DNA from: Perkinsela sp. CCAP 1560/9
Taxonomy: Eukaryota > Protista > Euglenozoa: Kinetoplastea
Reading direction: 5' to 3'
DNA: 64,000 bases
NCBI GenBank assembly: GCA_965644495.1
Contig: CBFFSA010000001.1
Coordinates: 3,534,001-3,598,000, forward strand
The translations under genes and the position numbers were made by a program. The notes below the pieces were generated by a model that was given only the letters and a program-made list of their open reading frames with translations, was not told where the DNA came from and did no database searches. Shown here piece by piece: positions 50,946 to 61,812 of the stretch (position 1 is its first letter; each line of letters starts with the position of its first letter).

Positions 50946-53900
50946 ATGCGTCTGGAAAATTTAATAAAAAGGCAACCCCAGCAGAACGTACGTTTCGGTG
51001 CACGTCTTGAGCCCCCTCTAAAATCAGGCACATGCTCCCGTCATTCTTCTTTAGACAAAACGAGGCAATCAGTGGCTCTTGCCGGAGATGGAATAGTATC
51101 AACGACTTCATTACGCGCAAATTACGGAATTTTGTTTCGAAACTCACCTTTCACTGCGCAAAGGTCTCATTACGCGCGAAGTAGTGCACTCTTCACTCCA
51201 CTTTTTAAGCCTTTTAGTGCTGGAGATGAAGCGGAATTGGTCTCTGTTCTTACCACACGGCCTCGACACGTGCTAAGAAAAGTTCGGTTGATGGTGGAGG
51301 GCAGTCGACAGCGTCTCGCCACATTTCGAAACACAGTTACATACTTAATGATTGTTCTTCAAGCCCAACTGCAGAAAAAGGTATTGAGTGCGGAAGCCGC
51401 AACTGAGATTATAGCCGTCATCTTGGAGGAGTGTACCAAATGGGATACCTCTGACCTTGCCCATTTACTGTTTCGCGCCTCATTGCGTTTTGCCAAATAC
51501 GGCGTGAAGACCTCTCCCAGAACAATGCATCTTTTACTTCAATCTTACAAAAATGCAAAGAGTGCCCGAGAGTTGATGCTCAAACTCGGGGGTGAATTAC
51601 AAGGCAAGTCGAGCACTGAATCATTGGCTATCGCGGCGTATCTTTTTGCAAAGGATCCTGCAAGGGCGGAAAAGGTCAGGGCTGATTTAAAGCAGAAAGG
51701 TCCGCTTACGATAAATGCTTACCAAGGGCTTGTAGAAGGATATGCGCGTCTAGGAAATACAAACAAAGTGGTTGAGAACATTAAAGAGTGTGTAAACGCA
51801 AAAACAATAGGAAGAGAACCAGAATTAGAAGACAGTGATGACGGCGAAGCTGTTTACACTGCAAAAAGTGCGCCAAATAGAAAAGAAATTGTCAACATGC
51901 TTGTTGAGGATGCCCTATGCTCGTTTCCAGCCGAATATGGCAAGGCGGAGGACGCGGAAAAAATTGTGCAACTTTGTGAAAGGCATGGGACCGGAAAACT
52001 CTCTGACGAAACTTTGGGTCATCTCGTCCGACTTCTCTTAAGCCGCGCACAAGACAGTCAAAGCATTATGAAGGTAGAGGAAAGAGCTAAATCGTTATCA
52101 CGCTCTCGCGGGGCATCCGGAGAAGAGGGTACTGTAGGGGAATCAAAAATGGGTATTCACGTCCTTTCAGCTATCGTATCCGCCTTGAGTCGTGTACGAG
52201 ACGAGGAGTCCAAAGCTTCGGACGGGATAATGCGAGAAAAAGTCAGCTCTTTGCGACTCGTCTTGGAACAACGCTTGGAAAGCGTCGAAACACGTGACGA
52301 CGTTACGGGAAAACATTTAAGCATTCTAGTGCGAGGGTATTCTGCCTTGGGAGATAGTGAGGGGATGAAAAGTATTGTTTCCATGTTGAGAACGAAAGGA
52401 TACACGTGTGACACCACGATTTACATCGAACTGCTTCGAGGCTTTGGTTCCATGGGTAATGTAAAAGATTTGCTTGCCTTAAAAGAGCAAATGGACAAGG
52501 AAGGAGTATTTCAAAATGCAGCTTCTTACGCCGCCCTTTTTCGGGGGCTCGGAAAATACTACCCAACCTTGCTTGATCGATATGAAAAGGAGATGAGAAG
52601 TCGTGGAATTCGTCACGAGCCGGTAACTTATTGCGCGCTCATCCCGCTCTACAACGATATGCAAAATTTGAATAAAATTGACGAGTACGTTGCTGACATT
52701 CATCGCCGTCACGAGCGCGGAGAGTTCATGTTCACATTTCCGATGATGTGTGCAATTCTTCGCGCTTACGTTTCAGATTTCGAGCGTGCTTCACGATATA
52801 TCGATGTTGCTACAACACTGAGCCTTGATTCTGATCCTATGGTACAGTCTTGTATTTGCTCCGTGTACACCTACCATGAAAAAATGGATGAGCTGCTCTT
52901 GTTTTTAAAACGCACTTCAAGTTACGGTATTGAAGTCTACAATCAGCTTATCTCGTATTACGGCCGCAAAGGAAATTGGGAAAAGCTCAAGGAAACGTTA
53001 CAAAACCTGCGTGTCAGTCGAATTCCTTACAACGAGCACACCTACACCGCTCTTGTCCATGTCTACGCCAAAAACAAAGCGGTCAACAAAATCGCAGACC
53101 TGCTCCAAGACATCAAAGATTCTCATATGTATATCAGTGCCAATTTCTACAGCGCTGTCGCTCTCGCGTACCAAACCTGTGAGAACAGCTCAGAGGTGGA
53201 GGTCGCGTGGCGTGATCTCCTTGCCAGTCGCGTCCCTATTCCCACCCGGGTGTATAATCAATTCCTTGAGCTGTTTGTGGAGCAAAATAACTTTCCGCTA
53301 ATCCAACAAGTTCTTGGCACAATGATGTCTCGCCTTCCACCGAATTCTATTACCCTCACTACTGTTATTGACATGTTAGGGAGGTTAGGGCGAGTAGAGG
53401 AGATGGAGTCCGTCTTTGAGGAGATGGTCCAGTGCGCGGAGGCCCAGCCTACCGCGGTGACTTACCATCACATGATGTCTGCCTACGCAAAGCGAGGAGA
53501 TGTGACAAAGATGGAGACCATGCGTCGGAAAATGCACGAAGTGGGGTGCTACGATGACAGCGGGGTGACCTATAACGTGCTTTTGGTAGGCTACACCCGC
53601 GCGAAACAGTTTGAGAAGATTCCGGAGATTATTGCAGAGCGAGAGAAACGGGGGATGCCGATGGATGACATTAGCTATGGTGTCCTGATTCGCACCTACG
53701 GATTCTGTCAATTGGAGTCTCGATTAGACGAAGTGGTGCGAAAGGTGGAGACGCAACTTGCCGAATCAGGCTCGGCGTCTCCAAACGTTGATAATGCTAA
53801 ACGACCCATGGGCCTCCGGCTGCTGTTCTCTATTGCATCTGCGTACCAAAGCTGCAATCACAAGGCCAAGGTACACCACTACGGGGAACAAGTGCTAACG

Positions 53901-54317
53901 CACCCCCAACGTGGGTTGCGTGAAATTAACGGTATTCTGGTTCTCTACTGTAGAATGAGCGACTCCGAGGCTATCGAGAGCGTCCTGGGGCGTTTCGGTT
54001 CCGTGCAGAATGCAATGTTATACAACACCGCGCTACGTGGGCTTGCGCGGTCCAAACTATGGGATCGTGTTCCCTCGTTGCTGGATCGCATGAAGGCCAC
54101 GGGGGTAGGGGTGGATGCCACAACCGGGATGGAACTCAGTGCTGCCCTCATGAAAAATGGAGACATGGAACTTGCCAAGCGAGTATTGCTCCTGCAACAG
54201 AGCGACGACAGTGTCCGAGCTCGAAAAGGGAAGAGAAATGTTTCCTCGTCCAGAGTGCGTGAGGTTGAGGCACAAAAGGCCAAAATAGAAGCCGACCTGA
54301 AGGATTCTTTTATATAG
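50946..54317 (+). CDS. Large mitochondrial pentatricopeptide-repeat protein (kinetoplastid PPR1/KPAF1-like)
   Basis: Many 35-aa repeats (e.g. VTYHHMMSAYAKRGDVTKM, VTYNVLLVGYTRAKQ); basic presequence-like N-terminus. Orthology to KPAF1 is tentative. Confidence 0.85.
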   Translation: MRLENLIKRQPQQNVRFGARLEPPLKSGTCSRHSSLDKTRQSVALAGDGIVSTTSLRANYGILFRNSPFTAQRSHYARSSALFTPLFKPFSAGDEAELVSVLTTRPRHVLRKVRLMVEGSRQRLATFRNTVTYLMIVLQAQLQKKVLSAEAATEIIAVILEECTKWDTSDLAHLLFRASLRFAKYGVKTSPRTMHLLLQSYKNAKSARELMLKLGGELQGKSSTESLAIAAYLFAKDPARAEKVRADLKQKGPLTINAYQGLVEGYARLGNTNKVVENIKECVNAKTIGREPELEDSDDGEAVYTAKSAPNRKEIVNMLVEDALCSFPAEYGKAEDAEKIVQLCERHGTGKLSDETLGHLVRLLLSRAQDSQSIMKVEERAKSLSRSRGASGEEGTVGESKMGIHVLSAIVSALSRVRDEESKASDGIMREKVSSLRLVLEQRLESVETRDDVTGKHLSILVRGYSALGDSEGMKSIVSMLRTKGYTCDTTIYIELLRGFGSMGNVKDLLALKEQMDKEGVFQNAASYAALFRGLGKYYPTLLDRYEKEMRSRGIRHEPVTYCALIPLYNDMQNLNKIDEYVADIHRRHERGEFMFTFPMMCAILRAYVSDFERASRYIDVATTLSLDSDPMVQSCICSVYTYHEKMDELLLFLKRTSSYGIEVYNQLISYYGRKGNWEKLKETLQNLRVSRIPYNEHTYTALVHVYAKNKAVNKIADLLQDIKDSHMYISANFYSAVALAYQTCENSSEVEVAWRDLLASRVPIPTRVYNQFLELFVEQNNFPLIQQVLGTMMSRLPPNSITLTTVIDMLGRLGRVEEMESVFEEMVQCAEAQPTAVTYHHMMSAYAKRGDVTKMETMRRKMHEVGCYDDSGVTYNVLLVGYTRAKQFEKIPEIIAEREKRGMPMDDISYGVLIRTYGFCQLESRLDEVVRKVETQLAESGSASPNVDNAKRPMGLRLLFSIASAYQSCNHKAKVHHYGEQVLTHPQRGLREINGILVLYCRMSDSEAIESVLGRFGSVQNAMLYNTALRGLARSKLWDRVPSLLDRMKATGVGVDATTGMELSAALMKNGDMELAKRVLLLQQSDDSVRARKGKRNVSSSRVREVEAQKAKIEADLKDSFI

Positions 54318-54689
54318 TAGTTACAGTAGTATACTATCACAAACTTACCGTTAGTTATCACAAACTTACCGGTAGTGGTACTGTTTTCAGATAGAAAGTA
54401 TCTTTCACTTAACTTTTTGTAGATACACATTTGTGGATATATTTTGTTAGTTTATTTAATAACCACATTACTTAACGGGTGTTCACTTGAATAAGGGCAA
54501 TAACATGACCGTTGGAGCAATAGAGATATTTCTATTGTACAGATTAAATTTCTCTCATTATTTTCGAAAAAACAAAAAAGGAATAATGAAAAGGCTTTAT
54601 CACTCTTACCTTTAAGCACTATTTTACTAGAAAATTTGAATCATATAGTTGTAAGTTATCTTACCTCACTAATAACACTCCCCCCCACC

Positions 54690-55985
54690 ATGGACTCTCT
54701 ACTCATTACGGAGGACACTGTCGAGACGGCACAACTACGGTACGACGCTCTTGTCGCTGAATTTGCCTTCCTCGAGAAAAAACTAGAACAAGTCAACCCG
54801 GTAGTACGCGAGGAGTTCCTTAAAGATCGTGAGGAAAAAGCCATGACGGAGATTGAGGCCAAATGCCGTTCTGAGGCTGCGGAACTCACCCAGCGACGGG
54901 AGTTACTTGACAAGGAGCTGCGCGCCGTCGACGCCCGTGTGGAGAAACTACGCCACGACGCTCTGGAGTTACAGCCGGAGACCTTCGACCACAGCGAACT
55001 CCACGCACGGTTCTCCGCTTTACGTGATGAAATCTCCCGTGAGAACACCCGACTGACTCGTGGACCTCATGAACGTCTCGCTGCTCACGCGAACGCCCTG
55101 GCAGAGTTGTACCAAACGCGGTGTGATGTGGCACAGAGTCGTCTACGACTCGTCGAGGGGTTCCGTCACACCGCACAAGCCCTTGAACAAACATTAGCAG
55201 ATTCCGCAGCCCAGCAAGCTACATGGGAAAATGTCACAGAGCACATGGAGAGTGCGCAACAAAACGAGATAGCTACCGCTCGGGAACGACAAGGAATTGA
55301 GGCAGAGTTCGCGGCCCAGGAGCTGACCTACCACGAGGGGGCGACACAGAAATGGGAGCAGTTGGAACACGAGACCCGTCACCTGGCAGCGCTACAGCAG
55401 GAGCACAGTGAGGCAGTAGCTCGGCTAAACACACTGGAGTCCGAGTGTTACACTCTGTCTGCGGTACAAAGCGCAGAGGTCGCCCAGCTCCGTCGACAAA
55501 TTCAACAGGAGGTGACACAAAAAAGAGACGGTCTTAGGGAGGTACAGGAGGCCGAGACGACGCGCGTACAGGATGCCCATCAGCTGGAATTGGAGAAACT
55601 ACATTTGCTCCGTGAGAGTGTGAGCAAGGAACAGGAAGCGGATTTCACGATCACACATCAGCTTGTTGCTTCACTTGACAGTGCGATAGAAGGATTAAGG
55701 CAGCAAGCCGCGGAGGAGGACATAATGCGGTATAGGCATGTTGAAGCTCAACATTCGGTGGTTGCGCTTCGACACGCATTATCTGAGTTGTATGGCACTA
55801 TTGAGGTGCAAAAACAGTCTATTATTGATTTAGCACAGGAATATGAGCAGGTCAAACAAAGCATATCGGATATTAAGGTGCAGACTACATTGACCAAAGG
55901 CGTGGGGTTGTATCCTGGAAGTACCACAGGCCTGACACCATACAAGACTCCTAGACGTTTGCAGACTACTCAAACTTTTGAATAA
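54690..55985 (+). CDS. Long coiled-coil protein, function unknown
   Basis: E/Q/L/R/A-rich heptads over ~400 aa. Confidence 0.7.
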   Translation: MDSLLITEDTVETAQLRYDALVAEFAFLEKKLEQVNPVVREEFLKDREEKAMTEIEAKCRSEAAELTQRRELLDKELRAVDARVEKLRHDALELQPETFDHSELHARFSALRDEISRENTRLTRGPHERLAAHANALAELYQTRCDVAQSRLRLVEGFRHTAQALEQTLADSAAQQATWENVTEHMESAQQNEIATARERQGIEAEFAAQELTYHEGATQKWEQLEHETRHLAALQQEHSEAVARLNTLESECYTLSAVQSAEVAQLRRQIQQEVTQKRDGLREVQEAETTRVQDAHQLELEKLHLLRESVSKEQEADFTITHQLVASLDSAIEGLRQQAAEEDIMRYRHVEAQHSVVALRHALSELYGTIEVQKQSIIDLAQEYEQVKQSISDIKVQTTLTKGVGLYPGSTTGLTPYKTPRRLQTTQTFE

Positions 55986-56181
55986 GGACTTTTCATACTG
56001 TATATTCTATAATACCTTAGGTGCACTTCTGTATTGATTTTCCAAACTATGATGATCTAGGGTGCCGGTAATATCAATTGCATATTAATGAAAGGCGTCC
56101 GAACATTGCGTTTCGCGCATAGTCTTAGAATCAGTATGTTTCAGAACCGTTTTTCTTGTATTTCCAATTCAAAAAAATTCT

Positions 56182-57219
56182 ATGCCTACACGCGAAAAGC
56201 AACGCCGGGAACTGATGGAAGATTTTATTCTGGAAATTAGCCACTGTGATCGCGATCGCCACGAGCTTTTGCGTCAACTTCACCCATGCTACCCTTTTTT
56301 TCGTCATAGAAACTGTCCTCGTCGCGCTTCATGTCCGTACGCGCATACTAAAGCTCAGGTCCCTCGTACTCTTACCAATCTGGAAAAAATTCATGGTCTC
56401 AAACATGGGACGCTGACCAGAGAAAATGGGCGAGCTTGCGTAAATCAGATTGTAATTGAGCCTTTTTCGAGTGCGTTCTGTCCAGAGAAAATAAAAAAAG
56501 GTTACTGCTCCAACGCACCTTGTACTTCAGCTCACACCGCTTCAGAATTATGGCGCGCGATAAAATTAGTAACCAAGGCCCGGTGTCCTTCCACATCTCA
56601 CGTCGATTTCAAAGGCAAAAGTGCACTATACATTTACTCTTCTCGGATATCTGCAAGCAATTCACGGGATAGCTCTTCTTACGCAAACGGGAGGTCTGGA
56701 CAAGTAATGCGCGATTCTACAAGCATACGCGTACCAGAGGAACCCTTTTGTGAAGAAGTTGTCGATCGGATCAACACGAAATCAGCAGTGGTTGAGTCAC
56801 GAACACTTTCTGAAAGTCGCCCGGGAGATCAAGTGAACCACGAAAATGAATGCGCCCTTCGAAATCGCTTACGTTTTTGTCAGAGTTTGATGCAGCGCGG
56901 CTGTTGTCCCCGTAGACAAGATTGTCCACATGCGCACAAGATGGGAGAAATACGAGTAGCCTTTCAAAAACTTCTACGCTTATGTGCCTACGATAAAAAG
57001 GCTTTCACTGCACGTATCCAGAGACAGGGGGCGCGAAAAACACAGTATCGCAATCTAAATGTGGAGCTACTGAAATCTCGTGCAATATTTTGTGAACAAA
57101 TGATCAAGGAGAAGTGGTGTAGTCGTGAGAATGAATATCCATTTTCGCATCGTGGAGAGCTTATGTTTGCTATATTGCAGTTAAAAGAATATCATGCGCA
57201 CCGACGAATGTCACATTAA
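56182..57219 (+). CDS. CCCH zinc-finger protein with duplicated two-finger module
   Basis: CYPFFRHRNCPRRASCPYAH and CPEKIKKGYCSNAPCTSAH are repeated as CQSLMQRGCCPRRQDCPHAH and CEQMIKEKWCSRENEYPFSH. Confidence 0.75.
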   Translation: MPTREKQRRELMEDFILEISHCDRDRHELLRQLHPCYPFFRHRNCPRRASCPYAHTKAQVPRTLTNLEKIHGLKHGTLTRENGRACVNQIVIEPFSSAFCPEKIKKGYCSNAPCTSAHTASELWRAIKLVTKARCPSTSHVDFKGKSALYIYSSRISASNSRDSSSYANGRSGQVMRDSTSIRVPEEPFCEEVVDRINTKSAVVESRTLSESRPGDQVNHENECALRNRLRFCQSLMQRGCCPRRQDCPHAHKMGEIRVAFQKLLRLCAYDKKAFTARIQRQGARKTQYRNLNVELLKSRAIFCEQMIKEKWCSRENEYPFSHRGELMFAILQLKEYHAHRRMSH

Positions 57220-57904
57220 AAATATGGATTGGTGCAACATCTTCACGTACAGGTGACATTTCCAAAAGCTTGCTTTTTTATAGTTATTCTTCTGTTATGA
57301 TATCTTCTGTTATGATCATAACGCCGTATTAGTCCTATTTTTTGTGTACTAACTATTTTTTCTTGCCCTAAGTATTTTCTGATTTGAAATATCATTATGT
57401 TACGCTTTTTGGCGACGGATACATGCACTTGAATAAGACTTGTAGTTGTTATAAAAAGAATCCATGTATACAGTGTTATATTTAATTACGCTTTTAAGGT
57501 TATTTTTGGACAAAATTAATCTTAATTAAATTGACTGTAAGATAATCCACTCGTAAATTAATAATTTTTGAACACACCTTTTGAGTAATGTTTAAAAAAA
57601 ACGAATTTCGCTTCGGTTTAGCCGAATTTTTCATTACGTAAGTATTTCTTGTGAGCATTAGTACGCATAATTCTCTTATTCGAAATGTACACTATTTTAC
57701 AAATATTGTTCATTTTTCGTTTCCGGCAATAATTATAAACTCAAAATATTAGGTGGCAGTGTATGGTACTTTCAGTGCATTTTTTCGTCTTTTTGAGCAA
57801 AGTACTGTAGATTGGATTAACATTTTCACGGGATGAAGTCATCAGCAAATCGAAACTCCACGTCCTCGTTTTCGTAGCTTGTCCGCGCTCAAAATAGACA
57901 CTCA

Positions 57905-59086
57905 ATGACAACTTTGAAAAAAATGATCCTACCGAAGAAAATGTTGGATGACATAAATGCAATGGCTGCGATCATCTCCGGAATTTTATCAAAAAACGCA
58001 ATTTGCGACCCGAATTATGTGGCCGCTGATGTTGATATGTGTAGCACTGGTGATCTCACACTTTCTATGGCGCAATACTTTCCAACAACTTGGTCAATTT
58101 ACTCTGATCCAAGTCAATATAGTGAATTAGATCATCGTTTAAGAGGAGAAACTACTCCGATATCTCGCTCTGATCAATCCAGTGTTTCTAATGGGAAAAG
58201 GGCCTCTTTTGATATGACTAATGCAGTGCTCCAGAGGAACCGTATTGAACTCGCTTGCAACTCAATTTATGACGGAGAAAATCTAAAGTTGCCTTTTCTA
58301 AATAGTTCTATAGATCTGATATTTGTGTCCCAGAAGATAAAAACTCTTCTACCAACCCAAATGTGCAGTTCAATAATGACAAATCTAGTTGACCCTACAT
58401 CAATTAATAGCCTTTCACATCTTATCGAGGAAGGGTACCGGTGTTTGCGAACGGATGCAGGAGTATTAGTCATTTACGGTACGTTGTCTCCAGAACTTAG
58501 CGAAGTACAACTAGGTGACAGTAGTTGGATCCAAATACCGGACATGCCTCAAATACAAGAAGGATGGCTAGAGATCAAGCGAGAGTTAGGTTTGTCCAAG
58601 AGTTCCTCACTTAAACACGAAAAAGAAATACTTACGAAAAATATAATGACCATGAAATGCACTCCTTTCGGAAAACATCAGCTCTCAAGCTCTTGGAGGT
58701 CACGTTCGTATTCCCGATTTACGCATTATTTTGATACAGCACAACTGACCCTTCCAGAATTTTACCTTGAATTAAAGTCTTTGCCACAATATCAATTTTT
58801 CGTGCGTCCCATGAACGATCCAGAGACCGTCGGCTGCCACAGACATCACGATAATAATGTTGTCGAAAGTTTTTGTCTTTTTCTTCAATATAATAAAATT
58901 AAAAGAGTCCGATTGAGGCGTACTCATCGTCTTTTCCTGCTTTCCTCCTCAAGAAGCCTAATACACCACGAATTATTGTTTATGAAAGATGATGAAACCT
59001 CAGTTTTCGATGCTACTAAATCTAGTGCACACTCTTTCAACCAAATTGAGAGTCACATCCACTTGTTAGGTCGAGAAAAGAAGTAA
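57905..59086 (+). CDS. Divergent class I SAM methyltransferase-fold protein
   Basis: AADVDMCSTGDLT (degenerate motif I), LPFLNSSIDLI, EGYRCLRTDAGVLVIYG. Confidence 0.5.
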   Translation: MTTLKKMILPKKMLDDINAMAAIISGILSKNAICDPNYVAADVDMCSTGDLTLSMAQYFPTTWSIYSDPSQYSELDHRLRGETTPISRSDQSSVSNGKRASFDMTNAVLQRNRIELACNSIYDGENLKLPFLNSSIDLIFVSQKIKTLLPTQMCSSIMTNLVDPTSINSLSHLIEEGYRCLRTDAGVLVIYGTLSPELSEVQLGDSSWIQIPDMPQIQEGWLEIKRELGLSKSSSLKHEKEILTKNIMTMKCTPFGKHQLSSSWRSRSYSRFTHYFDTAQLTLPEFYLELKSLPQYQFFVRPMNDPETVGCHRHHDNNVVESFCLFLQYNKIKRVRLRRTHRLFLLSSSRSLIHHELLFMKDDETSVFDATKSSAHSFNQIESHIHLLGREKK

Positions 59087-59243
59087 AAAAACGTGATCCC
59101 AAATTAAATAAATAACTTTATAATGGAGCTTTAATCGTTGAAAATAACCCTGCTTAATGTAGAATTCAAAATTATTTTTACTTGAAATTGGGTGTGTGTC
59201 ATGTTTCACTCTTTTTATCAGCATTTTTCCGCATCTCGCGTTT

Positions 59244-61664
59244 ATGGAATTCGTCCCACTTTCCCCTTTATCCAGGGTGCATTGTAATCTGCTCAGCGTC
59301 GATTTGGGGTCCTCCGGCACATTTCGCGTTCTTCTTGACTGTGGGTGGAGGGAAGATTTCGATCCATCGCTGGCGAAAGCGCTTCGTGGGTGTGCACCAC
59401 TCTTGGATGCTATTGTAATTACGCATGGAACTGTGTCGCACATCGCAGCACTTCCCTATCTTATTGGCGTCCTTCGCGTTTCGTGTCCCGTCTACGCTAC
59501 TGTTCCGGCTACTCGATTGGGGCATCTAACATGTGTTGAAATGTTTTATAATCGCTCAACTGATATTATTTTGCCCTCTGTAGATTGCTACACTGCTGCT
59601 GATATCGATACAACATTCTTTCCTAATCGTATTACCGAGGTTGATTTTGAGGAACGTGTCGAGCTTCCACGTGGCCTCACCCTTCAAAGTGTATGTGCGG
59701 GACATACACTTGGCGGGAGTGCGTGGAAAATCACTTCCATTTCGTCTGACACCATTCTATATAATCCAGAGTGTTCAACAAGCAGAAACTTTTTTCTTCC
59801 TTCAATATCACAATTAAATTTTTTACGCTCAGAGATAATATTAGTGTCATCTTCTTGCGCTCGTCGCACAGTATGTTCGGAAAGTTTTGAAGCGTGCGCT
59901 GAACCAATTTTGAAAACGATTTGTGAAACGTTGCACAATAATGGGAATGTGCTTATACCATGCGATGCAGGTGTTGAGGTGCTTCCTTTCTTGCTTTACG
60001 TCGACCGCGAATGGCGTAAAAAGGGAATGGCAAATTATCCTTTGGTTTTCCTTTCTCATACAGCCATAATCTGGTCTGATCTCATTAAATCTCTTTCGAG
60101 CTATGCGTCAGAGGACGTGCAGCGTGCCGCACTTGAAGGAAAGAATAATCCTCTGGATTTAAAGCGACGCAAAAATATGTTATTTTGTCGGGATATTACT
60201 GAAATTCGTGAGCTCTCTGGACCGAAAGCGGTTTTTGCTACTCCTTTTAGCATGTGTGCGGGATGGTCTCAAGAACTTTTATTGATGTGGTGCGATGACC
60301 CCAAAAACACTATCATATCTTTAGATCAGTCAAATAACGATGGCGTAATGAAACGAATTGTCGATGACATGAACGAGGCGAGACGTCCTTCAACTTATAC
60401 TTTGCGTGTTTTTTCTCGTGAAACAGGAGAAGAATATGATGATAGCATTTCGGAAACCAGTTCTTCCAGTTCCTCAACGCCCATAAAATCTCGAAATTTT
60501 AATAACCTTGACGAAATACATTCCCCTTCATCAGATGGGGAAATTGATCAAAATACTTCCCGCGAGCGAATTCTTAATCCCAAAGAAGGGGAAATACGTC
60601 CCGGAGTATTCGTCTCTCGAGAGGTTAGGGGGGCACTACGTAAAAACCAAGGACTACTTGCGAATCCGGCCATCCTTCAGTTTCCTTTTTCAGATCCTAC
60701 AAGTCCCACTTGTGCGGAATACGGTTCGGACATTCCGCGCGAGCTGCTTTGCGCGTGGCGAACTCAGAAAGGCAGAGTCAAACCCAATGTAGAGCAGGTG
60801 AGAGAATCTCAGTCAGATGAGCGAAAAATATCAGAATATACATGTAATGCCCAAAATGATTCAGAGAATCACATTGATGAGCATGCTACAGAAATAGGTA
60901 GCTCTGCACTTCAAGAACACGGGGCGACACAGGTTGTAGGGAGGTTAGATCTTTCTAAGAAGCTTCGAAATTACAACGTACAGTGTCGCGAGCAAATAAT
61001 GCAATTGCGAGCAAAGGTTTATTCCTCAATACTTGTTCCTTGTATGGACTTTACCGCTCTGACATCGGTACTACGTTCTCTTAGCGAAAAGACTCGTAAA
61101 GTGTGCTTCATAGGAAGTAAAGAAGAGAATGAGTCCGTTCGAGAATGGGTGGCAGAATATCTCCCAGAGTCACGAGTGTGGTATGCCGAGGATACAACAG
61201 CGAAGCTCGTTCTCTCTTCACCCATTCAGTGTACTATTCACATTCATCTCGAAACGCTTAAAAGTGGAAGACAGCATCATATTGCTAGCGAAGACTGTAA
61301 TCTATTAACTCTACGCGGGGAATTTGTACCTTTCAAGGAGAGTAATGGAGATAGAGAAGCTGAAACTGAAAATGACGATTCGTCTCGTCGAGCTCAACAG
61401 GATCACTATTCTATTGTTCCATCTTCTGAAAAGGTGTATCATACACCTCCTACTGTATTTGTGGGAGAAAGCAGTTCATCTTCTATTTCTACGTCTCTTC
61501 AAAGGAGCTATGTAAATCATACCTCACACTTGGATATGCTAATGCTACAGGATTCTCTCTTACTTCACAGCGAAAAACAGGGTGATTTATGTATGGAGAT
61601 GGTGGTATCTTCTACTGCGTTGAATGCACGCAGAGCTGTACGGGCTCACTTTGTCGAAATATAA
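59244..61664 (+). CDS. CPSF2: Cleavage and polyadenylation specificity factor 100 kDa subunit
   Basis: MBL/beta-CASP: VLLDCGW, DAIVITH...HIAALPY, PVYATVP, AGHTLGGSAWKI, GNVLIP, GPKAVFA, EYG. Lacks HxHxDH, as expected for CPSF100. Confidence 0.9.
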   Translation: MEFVPLSPLSRVHCNLLSVDLGSSGTFRVLLDCGWREDFDPSLAKALRGCAPLLDAIVITHGTVSHIAALPYLIGVLRVSCPVYATVPATRLGHLTCVEMFYNRSTDIILPSVDCYTAADIDTTFFPNRITEVDFEERVELPRGLTLQSVCAGHTLGGSAWKITSISSDTILYNPECSTSRNFFLPSISQLNFLRSEIILVSSSCARRTVCSESFEACAEPILKTICETLHNNGNVLIPCDAGVEVLPFLLYVDREWRKKGMANYPLVFLSHTAIIWSDLIKSLSSYASEDVQRAALEGKNNPLDLKRRKNMLFCRDITEIRELSGPKAVFATPFSMCAGWSQELLLMWCDDPKNTIISLDQSNNDGVMKRIVDDMNEARRPSTYTLRVFSRETGEEYDDSISETSSSSSSTPIKSRNFNNLDEIHSPSSDGEIDQNTSRERILNPKEGEIRPGVFVSREVRGALRKNQGLLANPAILQFPFSDPTSPTCAEYGSDIPRELLCAWRTQKGRVKPNVEQVRESQSDERKISEYTCNAQNDSENHIDEHATEIGSSALQEHGATQVVGRLDLSKKLRNYNVQCREQIMQLRAKVYSSILVPCMDFTALTSVLRSLSEKTRKVCFIGSKEENESVREWVAEYLPESRVWYAEDTTAKLVLSSPIQCTIHIHLETLKSGRQHHIASEDCNLLTLRGEFVPFKESNGDREAETENDDSSRRAQQDHYSIVPSSEKVYHTPPTVFVGESSSSSISTSLQRSYVNHTSHLDMLMLQDSLLLHSEKQGDLCMEMVVSSTALNARRAVRAHFVEI

Positions 61665-61812
61665 GTTGAAATATGACGTTGAACTGTTTATTAAGTGGTA
61701 TCTCAATTTATTTCCCTTTCCACTTTTCGTGGTCGTCGCTTCGAAAGCCTTTAACATAAATTTCTATAATTTTTGTAGAAGTGTCATACAAACAAAAGTA
61801 ACATAATCAAAA

